A stretch of 64,000 nt of DNA from a virus, in the IMG/VR virus record IMGVR_UViG_3300043449_001732, positions 19,982-83,981 of that record. One strand, 5' to 3'. Below, piece after piece: positions 27,973 through 37,632 of the stretch. How positions within the stretch are numbered: position 1 is the first letter of the stretch; each line of letters starts with the position of its first letter. Made by a program: the position numbers and the translations under genes. The notes beneath the pieces are model-generated. The model was not told the origin of the DNA, did not search any database, and worked only from the letters and a program-made list of their open reading frames with translations.

Positions 27973-28020
27973 CGTACAAATACTCTCTCCTGGGTCTCAA
28001 CATGAGACATGGTTGCCAGT

Positions 28021-28046
28021 AAAAAGCCCCCGCCGAAGCGAGGGCC
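28021..28046 (-). terminator. Intrinsic terminator after glycosyltransferase
   Basis: GCCC-CCGC-CGAA-GCG-AGGGC stem with 5 A on + strand. Confidence 0.6.
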
Positions 28047-28060
28047 TGATTCCACCCTGG

Positions 28061-29344
28061 TCAGGCTACTGCGCCTACCAGTCGCTTCTTGCGTTTTTCT
28101 TTTTTCTTCTCCTTCTTGCTTACCGGTTCTTCCGCCTGAGTCGAGTGCGCATCCCCATAGGCGCCCTCTAGGACCTCCTGGAACAGCCCTGCAAACTGAG
28201 GTGCGATGTTGTCCCAGTCGTAGCAGGGAGAGGTGGCACGCTCGTAGCAGAGGCGTGCAGTCTCATCAAGCTTCTCATGGTTCTCATATAGATCCGTCAA
28301 GATTTCGGCAAGGTGATCTGAGGACGGGCAGGGCATTTCCCGTGCGTAGTTCGTATCCACATCTACGTGATCACAACGGATCAGGCGACCAGCACCCTCA
28401 AAGATCTCCTTAGTACTGGTGTGGTCAGGCACCACCTGGGCAACACGGCAACCCGCATGCTCATGGTTGACCAACCCGTGGCCCTCACCCTTGCAAGTGT
28501 TGACGCCGACATCAGCCGCGTTATAGATCGCATTCAGGAAGTCCACCTCCACGTTCGGAGGTCCTTCTGTTTGCGCAGTAAGGATGATGCGTCCGTTGGG
28601 GTCTAGCCCTTCGCGATTCATTGCCCTGGCAAACAACGGCATCAAGTCCCAACCTTGATCTTTGAGTCCCATGTGTAAATACAGTTGCGTATCCGGTTTG
28701 TCTTTCGCAAACTTGGCAAAAGCCTCAACCGTAATGTCGATGCGTTTACGGAACTGGTTGCGGTTGCCGTTGAACACCACAAAGATGTCATCCGACAGAC
28801 CAAGCCGCTTACGAGCCTCGCTCTTATCCATGGGATAGAACTGACCCTTGGTGATACCGTGAGGAATCACAGCGATGGGCTTCTGGTAGCCAGCAGCCAC
28901 CACCTCTTTTGCACCAAATTCCGTATAGCAGATGGACGCATCCCACTCATTCATGGTGTCAAGGATGCACCCAGTCCAGCCGTAGCTGTCCATGGGGTAG
29001 TAGCCAATGAACTTGAAGGCACCAGTCTTATGGATGTCCTGGATCTGACGATACAACTCATTCAGAATCCACAGATCATTCATTATGAAAATGAGATCTG
29101 GCTTCTCTTTCTCCACAATTTCTCGAATGCGCTGCTCACCAAAGGGTGCGGTCTGGTAGCGGTTGGACGAGGGATAAATGAGGTACTTATCACAGAGTGG
29201 ATGCGGGTCTCCAAACCAGTTATTACCGAGCACTACAACTTCATACTCTTCACAGATGCGCTCAAGCACATTTTCCGTGACACGAGCAAACCCGGTCTTG
29301 GCAATGATGTCACCGGACCAGAGCAATTTAGGTTTTTTGGCCAT
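28061..29344 (-). CDS. GT-B glycosyltransferase (family 4-like)
   Basis: TGFARV, IPHGI, NRNQFRKRID, YNAADVGVNTCKGEGHGLVNHE. Confidence 0.9.
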   Translation of the reverse strand: MAKKPKLLWSGDIIAKTGFARVTENVLERICEEYEVVVLGNNWFGDPHPLCDKYLIYPSSNRYQTAPFGEQRIREIVEKEKPDLIFIMNDLWILNELYRQIQDIHKTGAFKFIGYYPMDSYGWTGCILDTMNEWDASICYTEFGAKEVVAAGYQKPIAVIPHGITKGQFYPMDKSEARKRLGLSDDIFVVFNGNRNQFRKRIDITVEAFAKFAKDKPDTQLYLHMGLKDQGWDLMPLFARAMNREGLDPNGRIILTAQTEGPPNVEVDFLNAIYNAADVGVNTCKGEGHGLVNHEHAGCRVAQVVPDHTSTKEIFEGAGRLIRCDHVDVDTNYAREMPCPSSDHLAEILTDLYENHEKLDETARLCYERATSPCYDWDNIAPQFAGLFQEVLEGAYGDAHSTQAEEPVSKKEKKKEKRKKRLVGAVA

Positions 29345-29367
29345 TTAATAGAGAACGTCTTGATCAA

Positions 29368-29727
29368 CTATACAGAAACACAAGGAGTTGTTGATCGTAC
29401 TAATTCTTTTTGTTCGGCTATTTCTGCTTTGAGTTTTGTTTTTAAAAACTCAGCTGCCTTATGTGTTTGCGTGGTATCCCCACAGGTGTATAAATCGATG
29501 GCACAATAACCAATCTGAGGCCAGGTATGGATAGACGCATGGGACTCAGACAGTAATGCAAGTAGTGTGACGCCTTGCGGTTCAAATTTTTTTCCTACAA
29601 TCCGCAGGATATTGGCTTTTGCTAGAACTAAAGAAGCCTCAAGCAACCGTTGAAGCTCCTCATAGTTATCTAACAACTCTGGGTCACACCCATAGAGATC
29701 TAAAATTAAATGCCGACCGTCACTCAA
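29368..29727 (-). CDS. speD: S-adenosylmethionine decarboxylase proenzyme
   Basis: GRHLILDLYGC...FEPQGVT...LSESHASIHTWP...DLYTCG. Confidence 0.92.
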   Translation of the reverse strand: MSDGRHLILDLYGCDPELLDNYEELQRLLEASLVLAKANILRIVGKKFEPQGVTLLALLSESHASIHTWPQIGYCAIDLYTCGDTTQTHKAAEFLKTKLKAEIAEQKELVRSTTPCVSV

Positions 29728-32360
29728 AGCTCTGCCTCTGCAGATTCCATTGTCGCATCAGTCTTCTTATCTATGACATCTCCATAGTGAATACGCCATT
29801 CTTTTTTGTTCATGCCCACTTCAATAATGGACGGGAACTTTGCGTACTTTTGGTCTGATGCCCTGCAGGCAACGTTGACTACACGCATGCCACGTGGATT
29901 CTTGAACTTGTAGACGTTCAAGCCAAGCTGGTGGATACACACGTCCATCAACAAGGTTTCAAAACGGCTACGCCCAAGGATGTTGCTGTTGGATGCACGT
30001 GCAAATTCACAGTAACTGGCATATAACCACGTATCCCAAGACACGTACACGTTTGAAGAACCAGCAGAAGAAGGCTTAGCCAGACCAATAGGAGTAGACA
30101 CCCCTGGGTCAAATACCACACAATGATCAAGCCAATCCATGATCTGGTTGGACTTAAGGATTTGTTCACGGTGATGCTTAGCAAAGAAGCCAACTTTCTC
30201 ATTGGTCTCCATCAGATACTCACGCATCTCAGCCTCACTCATATCCAAGACCCAGTTGACAAGCCCTGGGAGCAAGGACGCAAATTCACCAAAGGGACGA
30301 CCACGGTCATCCATATCAATCAACGTGCGCTGCTCAGCAGAGTTACCAGTGAACGGTTTGTCGAAAGGAATAGTGAGGCGACGACGTGCAAGACCTGAGG
30401 TTGGGTCAGTCGTCTGGATGGGTTCGTTAGCCGTGATCATGACAAGGCCATTGAACTTAAACGGCTTCTGGGACCCCGTCTGAAACTTATGTTCGTTACG
30501 GATCAAGTCCCGACCGGTAATAGCTTTTAACACAGAGACCGAACCGCCATAGCGTTCAACGTCGTTGAAGAGCAATAATTTTTTCTTATATAGGTTGGCG
30601 GTTTCAAATCGGTTTTTCTCAAGGTGCTCAAGGGATGAGATCATTGCGTTGTCATCCCCAACCAAGGCATGTGCCAGGTTCGAGTACGTTGACTTACCAG
30701 ATTTACCAGGCCCAACAATTTCAACAAACTTCTGAATATCAGAGTGACTTAAAAGGACGGCACGCAACCAAGCCCTCAGCACCTGGACGCGACCCCAGTT
30801 ATCATCTTGTGTGTTCTTCAGCCACTTGACAATAGGCTCACAAGTTGCCCCTGGGTCATAGTCATAGGGCAGTTGTTGCGTGATGTGCATGCTCCTGTTG
30901 AAAGGCAGCAGTTCACGCGTGTTGACGTTAAGAATACCGTTGGTAAACAGTAGGTGGTCGTTGCCTTCATACCAGTCATCAAAGATGAGGCTGATGCGTA
31001 GCTGCTCGTATACATCGTTGACCAGCGTCATGCTGTAGCCATTCTTAAGGAAGCCCTCCTTGATCAGGTCGAGCTGAGACTTGATCTCACTCTTCATCTC
31101 AGTCTCAGACAGACGAGACCACAAGCCTTTTGACCTGTGGTGCTCATAGATGAAGAATGCGTTGTGGGCTTGACTAAACTGCAGCCTTCCTCTATAAACC
31201 TGCAGGAGTACGTCAGCGACTGCGTCAGATGAAGGTCCTCTTGTTTGTTGTTCTTTTCCTTGCCCCCGTCCCTGCCTTTTCAAAGACTTACGATTCCCCT
31301 GAGGAAGCTGCACAGTATCTTCAAGAGATAACTCAGTCTCAATGGTCGGCATCAGTTCAGCCTCAATTTCTTCCAGTTGTTTGGACATGTGCTCAAGTGT
31401 CGCATCATCAACACTCATCGCACGATGGTTCTGGGACATCTCCCAGCCATGCTCACGGGCAATGTGAATAAGGGAACCTAGCCCACGGCCACCGCCTTTA
31501 CTAAAGGACAACCAACGGCGGTGGCACTCGCCATCTCGATACTTATCTGATTGCTTGGACCACTCATCCCATTGATCCAGCAACGATTCATCCAGTGAGT
31601 GAAGCGATTGTCCAATCGTGATCCAGATGTCGTAATCGTCACAGGCCTCTGGTGGCAGTGCCCACATTGCTTCTGTTGCTAGCTGCATATCCCGCTCTAG
31701 CGAGATCTCTGTGTTCACAGCAAATGTGGGACCAATTACCCTGGAGATCTCCTTTGCTGGGACACCCTGCTTGACATTTTTGTTAATGATTGCATTCATT
31801 AACCAATCAGGGAACTCAGGCAGGGCGTCAATCCACTCAAACCCCTGGTTAACGCCTGTATAGTAACCTTCGGTCTCAGGGTGAGTGCCCATGAGAACAC
31901 CCTGGTGCTTACGCCACAAGATCTCAAGCTTTTCTTTATTTTTTTCTGCGTGCCAAGTGTACTTGTTCCTTACGAAATGCTTATGTTTTTCCCGGTCTAC
32001 ACGATAAAGTTTCCGTTCACGCCCTTCTTTACCACTACAAATGGTCAGCGTATCTGGCAGAGCAGTCGCGAAGGTTTGGTCTGACAGTTCTTCGATAAGG
32101 TTGTAGACGCTCGGTCCATCAACATCAACCCACACCAAACCATAAGGAAGGTTGTAGACAGGACCGCTGAGAAGACCGATGGCCTTACATGATCCCGTGA
32201 TGATCTCCTCCTCGATCTCACAAATACCAAATGGTTTGTTCTGCCAACTCGAGACGTACGGGTCTTTGTTTGCGCCCAACGGCGTGAGCGGCCAATCTTT
32301 AGGGATGTAGTCAAGACGTACTTCACCGGGTTTTAGGGTTTGTTGTTGCTTGCTTGTCAT
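29724..32360 (-). CDS. Primase-polymerase + PriCT-2 + D5-like SF3 helicase
   Basis: IGLLSG...VDVD; DDYDIWITIGQSLH...WDEWSKQSDKY; LLFTNG; Walker A GPGKSGKST. Confidence 0.92.
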   Translation of the reverse strand: MTSKQQQTLKPGEVRLDYIPKDWPLTPLGANKDPYVSSWQNKPFGICEIEEEIITGSCKAIGLLSGPVYNLPYGLVWVDVDGPSVYNLIEELSDQTFATALPDTLTICSGKEGRERKLYRVDREKHKHFVRNKYTWHAEKNKEKLEILWRKHQGVLMGTHPETEGYYTGVNQGFEWIDALPEFPDWLMNAIINKNVKQGVPAKEISRVIGPTFAVNTEISLERDMQLATEAMWALPPEACDDYDIWITIGQSLHSLDESLLDQWDEWSKQSDKYRDGECHRRWLSFSKGGGRGLGSLIHIAREHGWEMSQNHRAMSVDDATLEHMSKQLEEIEAELMPTIETELSLEDTVQLPQGNRKSLKRQGRGQGKEQQTRGPSSDAVADVLLQVYRGRLQFSQAHNAFFIYEHHRSKGLWSRLSETEMKSEIKSQLDLIKEGFLKNGYSMTLVNDVYEQLRISLIFDDWYEGNDHLLFTNGILNVNTRELLPFNRSMHITQQLPYDYDPGATCEPIVKWLKNTQDDNWGRVQVLRAWLRAVLLSHSDIQKFVEIVGPGKSGKSTYSNLAHALVGDDNAMISSLEHLEKNRFETANLYKKKLLLFNDVERYGGSVSVLKAITGRDLIRNEHKFQTGSQKPFKFNGLVMITANEPIQTTDPTSGLARRRLTIPFDKPFTGNSAEQRTLIDMDDRGRPFGEFASLLPGLVNWVLDMSEAEMREYLMETNEKVGFFAKHHREQILKSNQIMDWLDHCVVFDPGVSTPIGLAKPSSAGSSNVYVSWDTWLYASYCEFARASNSNILGRSRFETLLMDVCIHQLGLNVYKFKNPRGMRVVNVACRASDQKYAKFPSIIEVGMNKKEWRIHYGDVIDKKTDATMESAEAEL

Positions 32361-32545
32361 GCTTCTGTTTGCTGCTTGATCTCCACTTTAAAGTCCCGCT
32401 CAGGGAATACCGTATCCTTAACCAATATATATGCATGAAAATGCATGTCGGTAGGCAGACAAAAACAATCCCCATCCGCCGCATTCATCATGAGGCTCTG
32501 GAGCGTATTCATCCACTCACCAACGGAAATAACATGGATTTCCAT
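32357..32545 (-). CDS. Hypothetical protein
   Basis: ATGA overlap with primase gene. Confidence 0.55.
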   Translation of the reverse strand: MEIHVISVGEWMNTLQSLMMNAADGDCFCLPTDMHFHAYILVKDTVFPERDFKVEIKQQTEA

Positions 32546-32619
32546 CGGGGGGTTGGGTTGTGTGTTTTCTTATCCTAGGCTGCCCAATCCGAGGGGACCA
32601 TCAAAATTTTGTTAAATCA

Positions 32620-32802
32620 CTAAGTCTTATTGGACTCATACGAAAAATTCCACGGATTTTTTTCATCGACTTCATCCCACTCGTCCATCAGTCTGTTGTA
32701 AACATCTACAGGATCCTGCCTAGTCTTAATGCAAGACGAAGTTGCGACAGACCAGGCAATACGCTTGCGTCTCTCCATGGGATCATCAGTATTCCAGGGC
32801 AT
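32620..32802 (-). CDS. Hypothetical protein
   Basis: 60-aa ATG ORF. Confidence 0.5.
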   Translation of the reverse strand: MPWNTDDPMERRKRIAWSVATSSCIKTRQDPVDVYNRLMDEWDEVDEKNPWNFSYESNKT

Positions 32803-32851
32803 AACACTGCTGCTTATGTGTTAATATCATACACAGCTAGCTGTTGTATTT

Positions 32852-33568
32852 GTGTATCATTACACTTATATGAGTATTGATTCCACCGATGGCCGCATGT
32901 ATATTGGCAGTCGAACATCGAAAAACAAACCCGAAGAAGACGTTAATTATTTTGGAAGTTTTTGCGACAAAACTTTTAAACCAGATACGAAGAAAATTTT
33001 AAAAATATTTAAAACTCGTGCAGAAGCTTTTAAGCATGAAGCATATTTGCATTTTGTATTAGATGTTGCTGTAAATCCAATATTTGCAAATAGGTCAAGA
33101 GTGACCACTACAGGTTTTACATGGCTTGGACAAAAACATTCTCCTGAAACAATTGAAAAAATTCGACAAACAACAAAAGAAAATATGACACCAGAACGAA
33201 AAGAAAAACTTAAGGAAGCAAGCAAAAATAAAAAACTAAGCAAAGAACATATTGAAAAACTTCGTCAATCAAACTTAGGCTTAAAACGAAGTTTTGAAAC
33301 ATGTGAAAAAATTAGATCAAAAGCACTTGGCAGACAAGTATCCAGTGCAGCACGCAAAAAAATCAGCGTAAGCAACAAAGGCAAGTGGATCAATAGAAAA
33401 GATCAAAGCAAACCAATAACATTAAAAAATAAAAATACCGGACAAGTTTTATGTTTTGTTTCACAAAAAGAAGCTGTTCGTTCTCTTGGTTTACATCAAG
33501 CAGCATTGAACAGAGTGGCAACAGGCAAGCAGCACTCCACTAATGGATGGATTCTTTTTGTAAATTAA
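32852..33568 (+). mobile_element. Free-standing GIY-YIG homing endonuclease with NUMOD3-like repeats
   Basis: YHYTY...MYIGSR...YFGS; KHSPETIEKI-type repeats; AT-rich, opposite to flanking operon. Confidence 0.88.
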
Positions 33569-34419
33569 ATTAAGTCTGCATCATAAACTCCACAGCGTTC
33601 TATTTGCGAGTAATATTCGGAAACCAACTTTAACCAATCAGTTTCAAGAGAGTCTAAAAATTTCCTGGAAATTTTAAATACTTGAGTTCTAATAGGAGTA
33701 GAAACAATAATGGCACCTTGTTGCACACGCATTCCCAAGCTTTGTTCAATTGCAATTGAATACGCACAAATTTGTTTACATGCTTTTTTAAACTTGAGGT
33801 GTCCCCCAAGCAAGTCCCTCCATTCAGGAGAACCTTTTTCCAAGTCTTTTGGCCACTTGCGGCTGTAAGGTTTGACACTGGTCTTAAGGTCGGCAAGCGT
33901 CAGCTTGTTCCCTACAACACCGATAATGTCAGGTGAACCAACCCATGCTCGTCCCTCCTCATCATGCGCCCATACCCTACCAACACCATCGTCTGACAAT
34001 GCAAACTGATGCTTGTCTAGTAAAGGAGTTTCAGCCCACAGTACCTCGTCAAACTGATCAAGAATCCCTGGCATACCCGACCAAAAATCTTGGTAGTCAG
34101 GCGGGATTTTAGGGTTTTTATCCCCTTTCAGGTAGCACTCCATGCCATAGTGGATAGCTGTACCACGTTCGGCAGCAGCTTCTTTTACACCTGGATTGTT
34201 CTTACTCCACATCTCCAGCTTCCGTTTGTTTGCTTCGGAGGCTGTTTCACTAAGAATAGTTGTTACACTGGGCGCCGGCCCTGTTACAAACGGTGTATGG
34301 TAGTGTCGCTTTCCGTTAATTGTAATACGGGCGGGGCGGCTGTTCAGCTCCCGCATCAACTCTGGTTGCTCTTGATATTTCAGCGACCATGGATCGCTTG
34401 TTTCAATTCTAGCAACCAT
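33565..34419 (-). CDS. PD-(D/E)XK exonuclease
   Basis: PSVTTIL...RGTAIH...E...GSPD...LADLKTS...Q..AY. Confidence 0.88.
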   Translation of the reverse strand: MVARIETSDPWSLKYQEQPELMRELNSRPARITINGKRHYHTPFVTGPAPSVTTILSETASEANKRKLEMWSKNNPGVKEAAAERGTAIHYGMECYLKGDKNPKIPPDYQDFWSGMPGILDQFDEVLWAETPLLDKHQFALSDDGVGRVWAHDEEGRAWVGSPDIIGVVGNKLTLADLKTSVKPYSRKWPKDLEKGSPEWRDLLGGHLKFKKACKQICAYSIAIEQSLGMRVQQGAIIVSTPIRTQVFKISRKFLDSLETDWLKLVSEYYSQIERCGVYDADLI

Positions 34420-34471
34420 TGAAGGTTTTGTATATTGCTGTTATCCTAACGTATATGCCTAGCAATTGACA

Positions 34472-34576
34472 ATGGAAAACCAAAGGCGAACAATTATGTG
34501 GCTGATTGCCGCTATTGTTCTTGTCGTAGGGCTTGACGCCTACCTGTTTGCTGCCGAAGTTTTTAAAAACCAATGA
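34472..34576 (+). CDS. 34-aa single-TM peptide
   Basis: MENQRRTIMWLIAAIVLVVGLDAYLFAAEVFKNQ; ATGA overlap with hli. Confidence 0.45.
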   Translation: MENQRRTIMWLIAAIVLVVGLDAYLFAAEVFKNQ

Positions 34577-34812
34577 ACAAAGCAGTGCTTTGGATCCAAG
34601 GTTGGTACAACTGCCTGTCCTGGATCATCCAAGAAATTGTCAGCCGCTACTGCCCAGACCTCAATATCGCAACCTTGCCGACCCACCCTGAGGATTACCT
34701 CTGGTACGCCGAGCGTTTTAATGGTCGCGCCGCCATGCTTGCCGTAATTTTTATCCTGCAATGGGAGTTTGTAACCCACAAATCCATTTGGGAGTTTGTA
34801 GGTGTCTATTAA
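34573..34812 (+). CDS. hli: High-light-inducible protein
   Basis: AERFNGRAAML chlorophyll-binding motif plus TM helix. Confidence 0.9.
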   Translation: MNKAVLWIQGWYNCLSWIIQEIVSRYCPDLNIATLPTHPEDYLWYAERFNGRAAMLAVIFILQWEFVTHKSIWEFVGVY

Positions 34813-34959
34813 TCTCACCAGGTTTTATTACGACGTTGACGACGAAGAGCGCACTGGGCTTTTGAATCAATGCGCGGTTGACGACGTTGAAACAATTGAG
34901 GCCGATGCGTTTGAATTGGAGTTACAATCCAAGAATATTGAATACATCCGAGTCGACCT

Positions 34960-35556
34960 GTGACGCAAGCAACTGACTGGAACACGTATTTTTCCACGAT
35001 CAAACCTAGGCTTGGCGCTCGGGCTGACGGATTCCAAAAAATTTTCCAACACCTAAATGGGGTCCAAAACCCCATCATTATTGAGACGGGTACGTACCGA
35101 GAGGAAGACAACTACACAGGCGACGGTTGCTCCACTCTCCTTTTTGACGAATACGTTAGTGCCCATGGTGGCCAGCTGATTTCTGTTGACATTGACCCGA
35201 ATGCTTGCGAGCTAGCCAGTTCAAGTACCAGCAGCAACACTGAGGTTATTGAGTCGGACTCTGTTGAATTTCTTGGCACCCTGGAGGGGCGCTGCGATCT
35301 GTTGTACCTAGACTCGTACAACATCACCGATTGGAACAATGATTGGGCACCGGCTGCTCACCACCTCAAAGAGTTGTTTGCCGCCAAGAACATCATCAAT
35401 CCTGGCACTTTAATCATTGTTGATGACAACAGAAAATCTTCACAAGGCAAACGGTTGGGTAAAGGACGTTTGATTTACGAACTTATGGAATCCCTTGGCA
35501 TCCCTAGTTTTATTGATGACTATCAAGTGGGTTGGATCTGGGAAGAATTACAGTAA
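34960..35556 (+). CDS. Class I SAM-dependent methyltransferase
   Basis: IIETGT...SVDID...SDSVEFL...DLLYLDS...IIVDD. Confidence 0.85.
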   Translation: MTQATDWNTYFSTIKPRLGARADGFQKIFQHLNGVQNPIIIETGTYREEDNYTGDGCSTLLFDEYVSAHGGQLISVDIDPNACELASSSTSSNTEVIESDSVEFLGTLEGRCDLLYLDSYNITDWNNDWAPAAHHLKELFAAKNIINPGTLIIVDDNRKSSQGKRLGKGRLIYELMESLGIPSFIDDYQVGWIWEELQ

Positions 35557-35682
35557 TCCCTACCATTTTTCTTAACTTATCCACTAGATATGTTAAGAAA
35601 AACATGACATACTTAACATATTAGTTATGTGGATAGAATGCCAGAAGTAATTCTTTTACCACGAAACCCCAAAGGTTCTGAA

Positions 35683-35889
35683 ATGACTCTTTCCAACCAG
35701 GTCAAACAATCCATTGATGATGCCACGGCAAATCTGCGTGAAGCCCTTGCGTTTGCTGCCCGTACCGAGCATCCTGTAACGATCAGCACACTGACCGACA
35801 TCCTGGTACGCCTAGAGTCCCTTGAGTCCATCGAGGAAATCATGCACAAGTTTGGTAAACAGCACGACATCCCCACCAACTTTGGCTAA
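35683..35889 (+). CDS. Small helical cyanophage protein
   Basis: LSNQVKQSIDDATANLREALAFAARTEHP. Confidence 0.6.
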   Translation: MTLSNQVKQSIDDATANLREALAFAARTEHPVTISTLTDILVRLESLESIEEIMHKFGKQHDIPTNFG

Positions 35890-36035
35890 GTATCAACTTC
35901 CAACGGAGGCTGAACGCCTTCAAAATTATTTTTGGGAACTCGAATCAAAGATCCCAAATCCTGGTAAGGACTGGGCACGGTCTGCCAAGGAATGTAAGTG
36001 GCTTAAAATATTAAAAGAAAGAGAACTAAAGTCGA

Positions 36036-36320
36036 GTGGCGCAGGACAATAGCAGATATACAAAACCGGAATTACGTGAGCGCATCAAAGATCGCATCAT
36101 GGAAAGTTCCAAGGGAGGCAAGCCAGGCCAATGGAGCGCAAGACGCTCACAACTATTGGCCCAAGAATACGAAAGAGCCGGTGGTGGATATAAAGGTGGC
36201 AAGAGTGAAAAACAAAAAGCTTTAAGTAAGTGGACTGACGAAAAATGGTCCACAAAAGACGAGTACGAGAAACGTTCTAAAGCTAAAGCTGCGGCCAAGA
36301 GGTATAAAGATGGCGGCTGA
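36036..36320 (+). CDS. DUF5872-like protein, N-terminal half
   Basis: YTKPELRERIK...KGGKPGQWSARRSQLLAQEYERAGGGYKG. Confidence 0.7.
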   Translation: MAQDNSRYTKPELRERIKDRIMESSKGGKPGQWSARRSQLLAQEYERAGGGYKGGKSEKQKALSKWTDEKWSTKDEYEKRSKAKAAAKRYKDGG

Positions 36321-36519
36321 TAAAGCAATTCAACCTGGCTACACCAAGCGTTACTTGCCGGAAAAAGCATGGGCCTCTTTATCCAAGGAGGAAAGAGAGG
36401 AGACTGACCGCAAGAAACGCGCTGCCAGTAAGGAAGGAAAACAATTTGTACCTAACACAGAGACAGCAAAAAAAGCTGGCAAAGCAGCCCGTGCATCCAA
36501 ACGTTACAAAGATAAATAA
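36310..36519 (+). CDS. DUF5872-like protein, C-terminal half
   Basis: KRYLPEKAWASLSKEEREETDRKKR..SKEGKQFVPNT. Confidence 0.7.
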   Translation: MAADKAIQPGYTKRYLPEKAWASLSKEEREETDRKKRAASKEGKQFVPNTETAKKAGKAARASKRYKDK

Positions 36520-36552
36520 CTCGCGTATACTTAATAAAGATTCCTGATTAGC

Positions 36553-36723
36553 ATGGAAAAGAAAAAGGCTATTCCCCCCAAAAAAGCTGTGCCGCCCGCA
36601 AAAGGCAAGGCTGCTCCCCCTGTTAAAGGCAAAGGTGGTGCATCTGCCAAGCAAACTGAAGCCCGCGACAAGTTTAAAGAAATGATTGCGAAGAAAAAAG
36701 AGGCTGCTGCCAAAAAGAAATAA
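36553..36723 (+). CDS. 56-aa Lys/Ala/Pro-rich basic protein
   Basis: MEKKKAIPPKKAVPPAKGKAAPPVKGK..., TATACT upstream; translated by hand. Confidence 0.6.
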   Translation: MEKKKAIPPKKAVPPAKGKAAPPVKGKGGASAKQTEARDKFKEMIAKKKEAAAKKK

Positions 36724-36743
36724 GGTATCGCGCTATACTTTCA

Positions 36744-36826
36744 GTGCTCAATACACACGTCTCGTCCCGTAGGTATTGGCGGTAAGTAATTAGTTTTAGT
36801 CCTGGTCTGAGCAACCAGGATTTTTT
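36744..36826 (+). ncRNA. Candidate ~80-nt small RNA
   Basis: TATACT at 36734, hairpin with UCUCGUCC loop, terminator GTCCTGGT-N7-ACCAGGAT then T tract; no credible ORF. Confidence 0.45.
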
Positions 36827-36929
36827 ATGCGCCATAAAATTTTATGGCAGCAAAAATAAAAATACTGGAAATATAGACACAAGTTATAATTGACTTATGT
36901 GTTTTAATCGTTAGGTTGCGATTTTAAAT

Positions 36930-37577
36930 ATGTCAACTAGTAAGGCTGCTGAATACGAAAAAGCCAAGGCGGCTGTTGCAAAAGCAGCTGCTTATAAAGC
37001 CACTGCAGCACAAAAACCCGCTGCACCTGCATCAAAACCTACTGCAGAAAAACCTTCTGCACCCACAGCAAAACCCGCTGCACCTGCAAAGAAACCTTGG
37101 GTTCATCCTGGGGTTTCATCGGGTTACGTTCAAGATCCTAAAGTTCAGTTAAAACAATTTATGGCTAAATCAGGAGCTAAAACTCCAGATGAAGCTTATA
37201 GACTTGAAGTAGCTGCAAGATTAAAGGACCCTGCTGCTGCACATTACTTAGCAGGTGGTGAAGGGATATATCCTGAACGCAATTCAAACACCAGGATGTA
37301 TTTAGAAGAGTTAACACAAGCAGAAAGAGACAAATACGAAAAAGATAAATATAAAACCGATAGGTACGTTGTGCCTCGTGATTACTGGTATGGCATTCCA
37401 GAGAAATATCGACCTACTGATTGGGAAACACCAGAAGGGAAAACGTGGTTTGAGCCTCAACTTAAAGAATATGCAATGACAAAAGGCAATACTATTCCAT
37501 TGCCTGCCAGAGGATCTCAAGAGTTTAAGGACGCGGCAAAGAAAGTTAGATACAGTGCTGGCAGGTGGACGTGGTAG
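36930..37577 (+). CDS. Hypothetical protein with Ala/Lys/Pro-rich N-terminus
   Basis: 215-aa ATG ORF. Confidence 0.65.
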   Translation: MSTSKAAEYEKAKAAVAKAAAYKATAAQKPAAPASKPTAEKPSAPTAKPAAPAKKPWVHPGVSSGYVQDPKVQLKQFMAKSGAKTPDEAYRLEVAARLKDPAAAHYLAGGEGIYPERNSNTRMYLEELTQAERDKYEKDKYKTDRYVVPRDYWYGIPEKYRPTDWETPEGKTWFEPQLKEYAMTKGNTIPLPARGSQEFKDAAKKVRYSAGRWTW

Positions 37578-37632
37578 TACAATTAATGCCCTTAAAGTTT
37601 TAACTTTTAACTTTTTTGTGTATAATTAAATC

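Noticed and set aside
28685-29509. 274-aa + strand ORF
   Set aside because: Antisense to clear glycosyltransferase and speD genes
35568-35604. 11-bp inverted repeat TTTTTCTTAAC/GTTAAGAAAAA
   Set aside because: Single AT-rich instance, adequately explained as a weak terminator or operator
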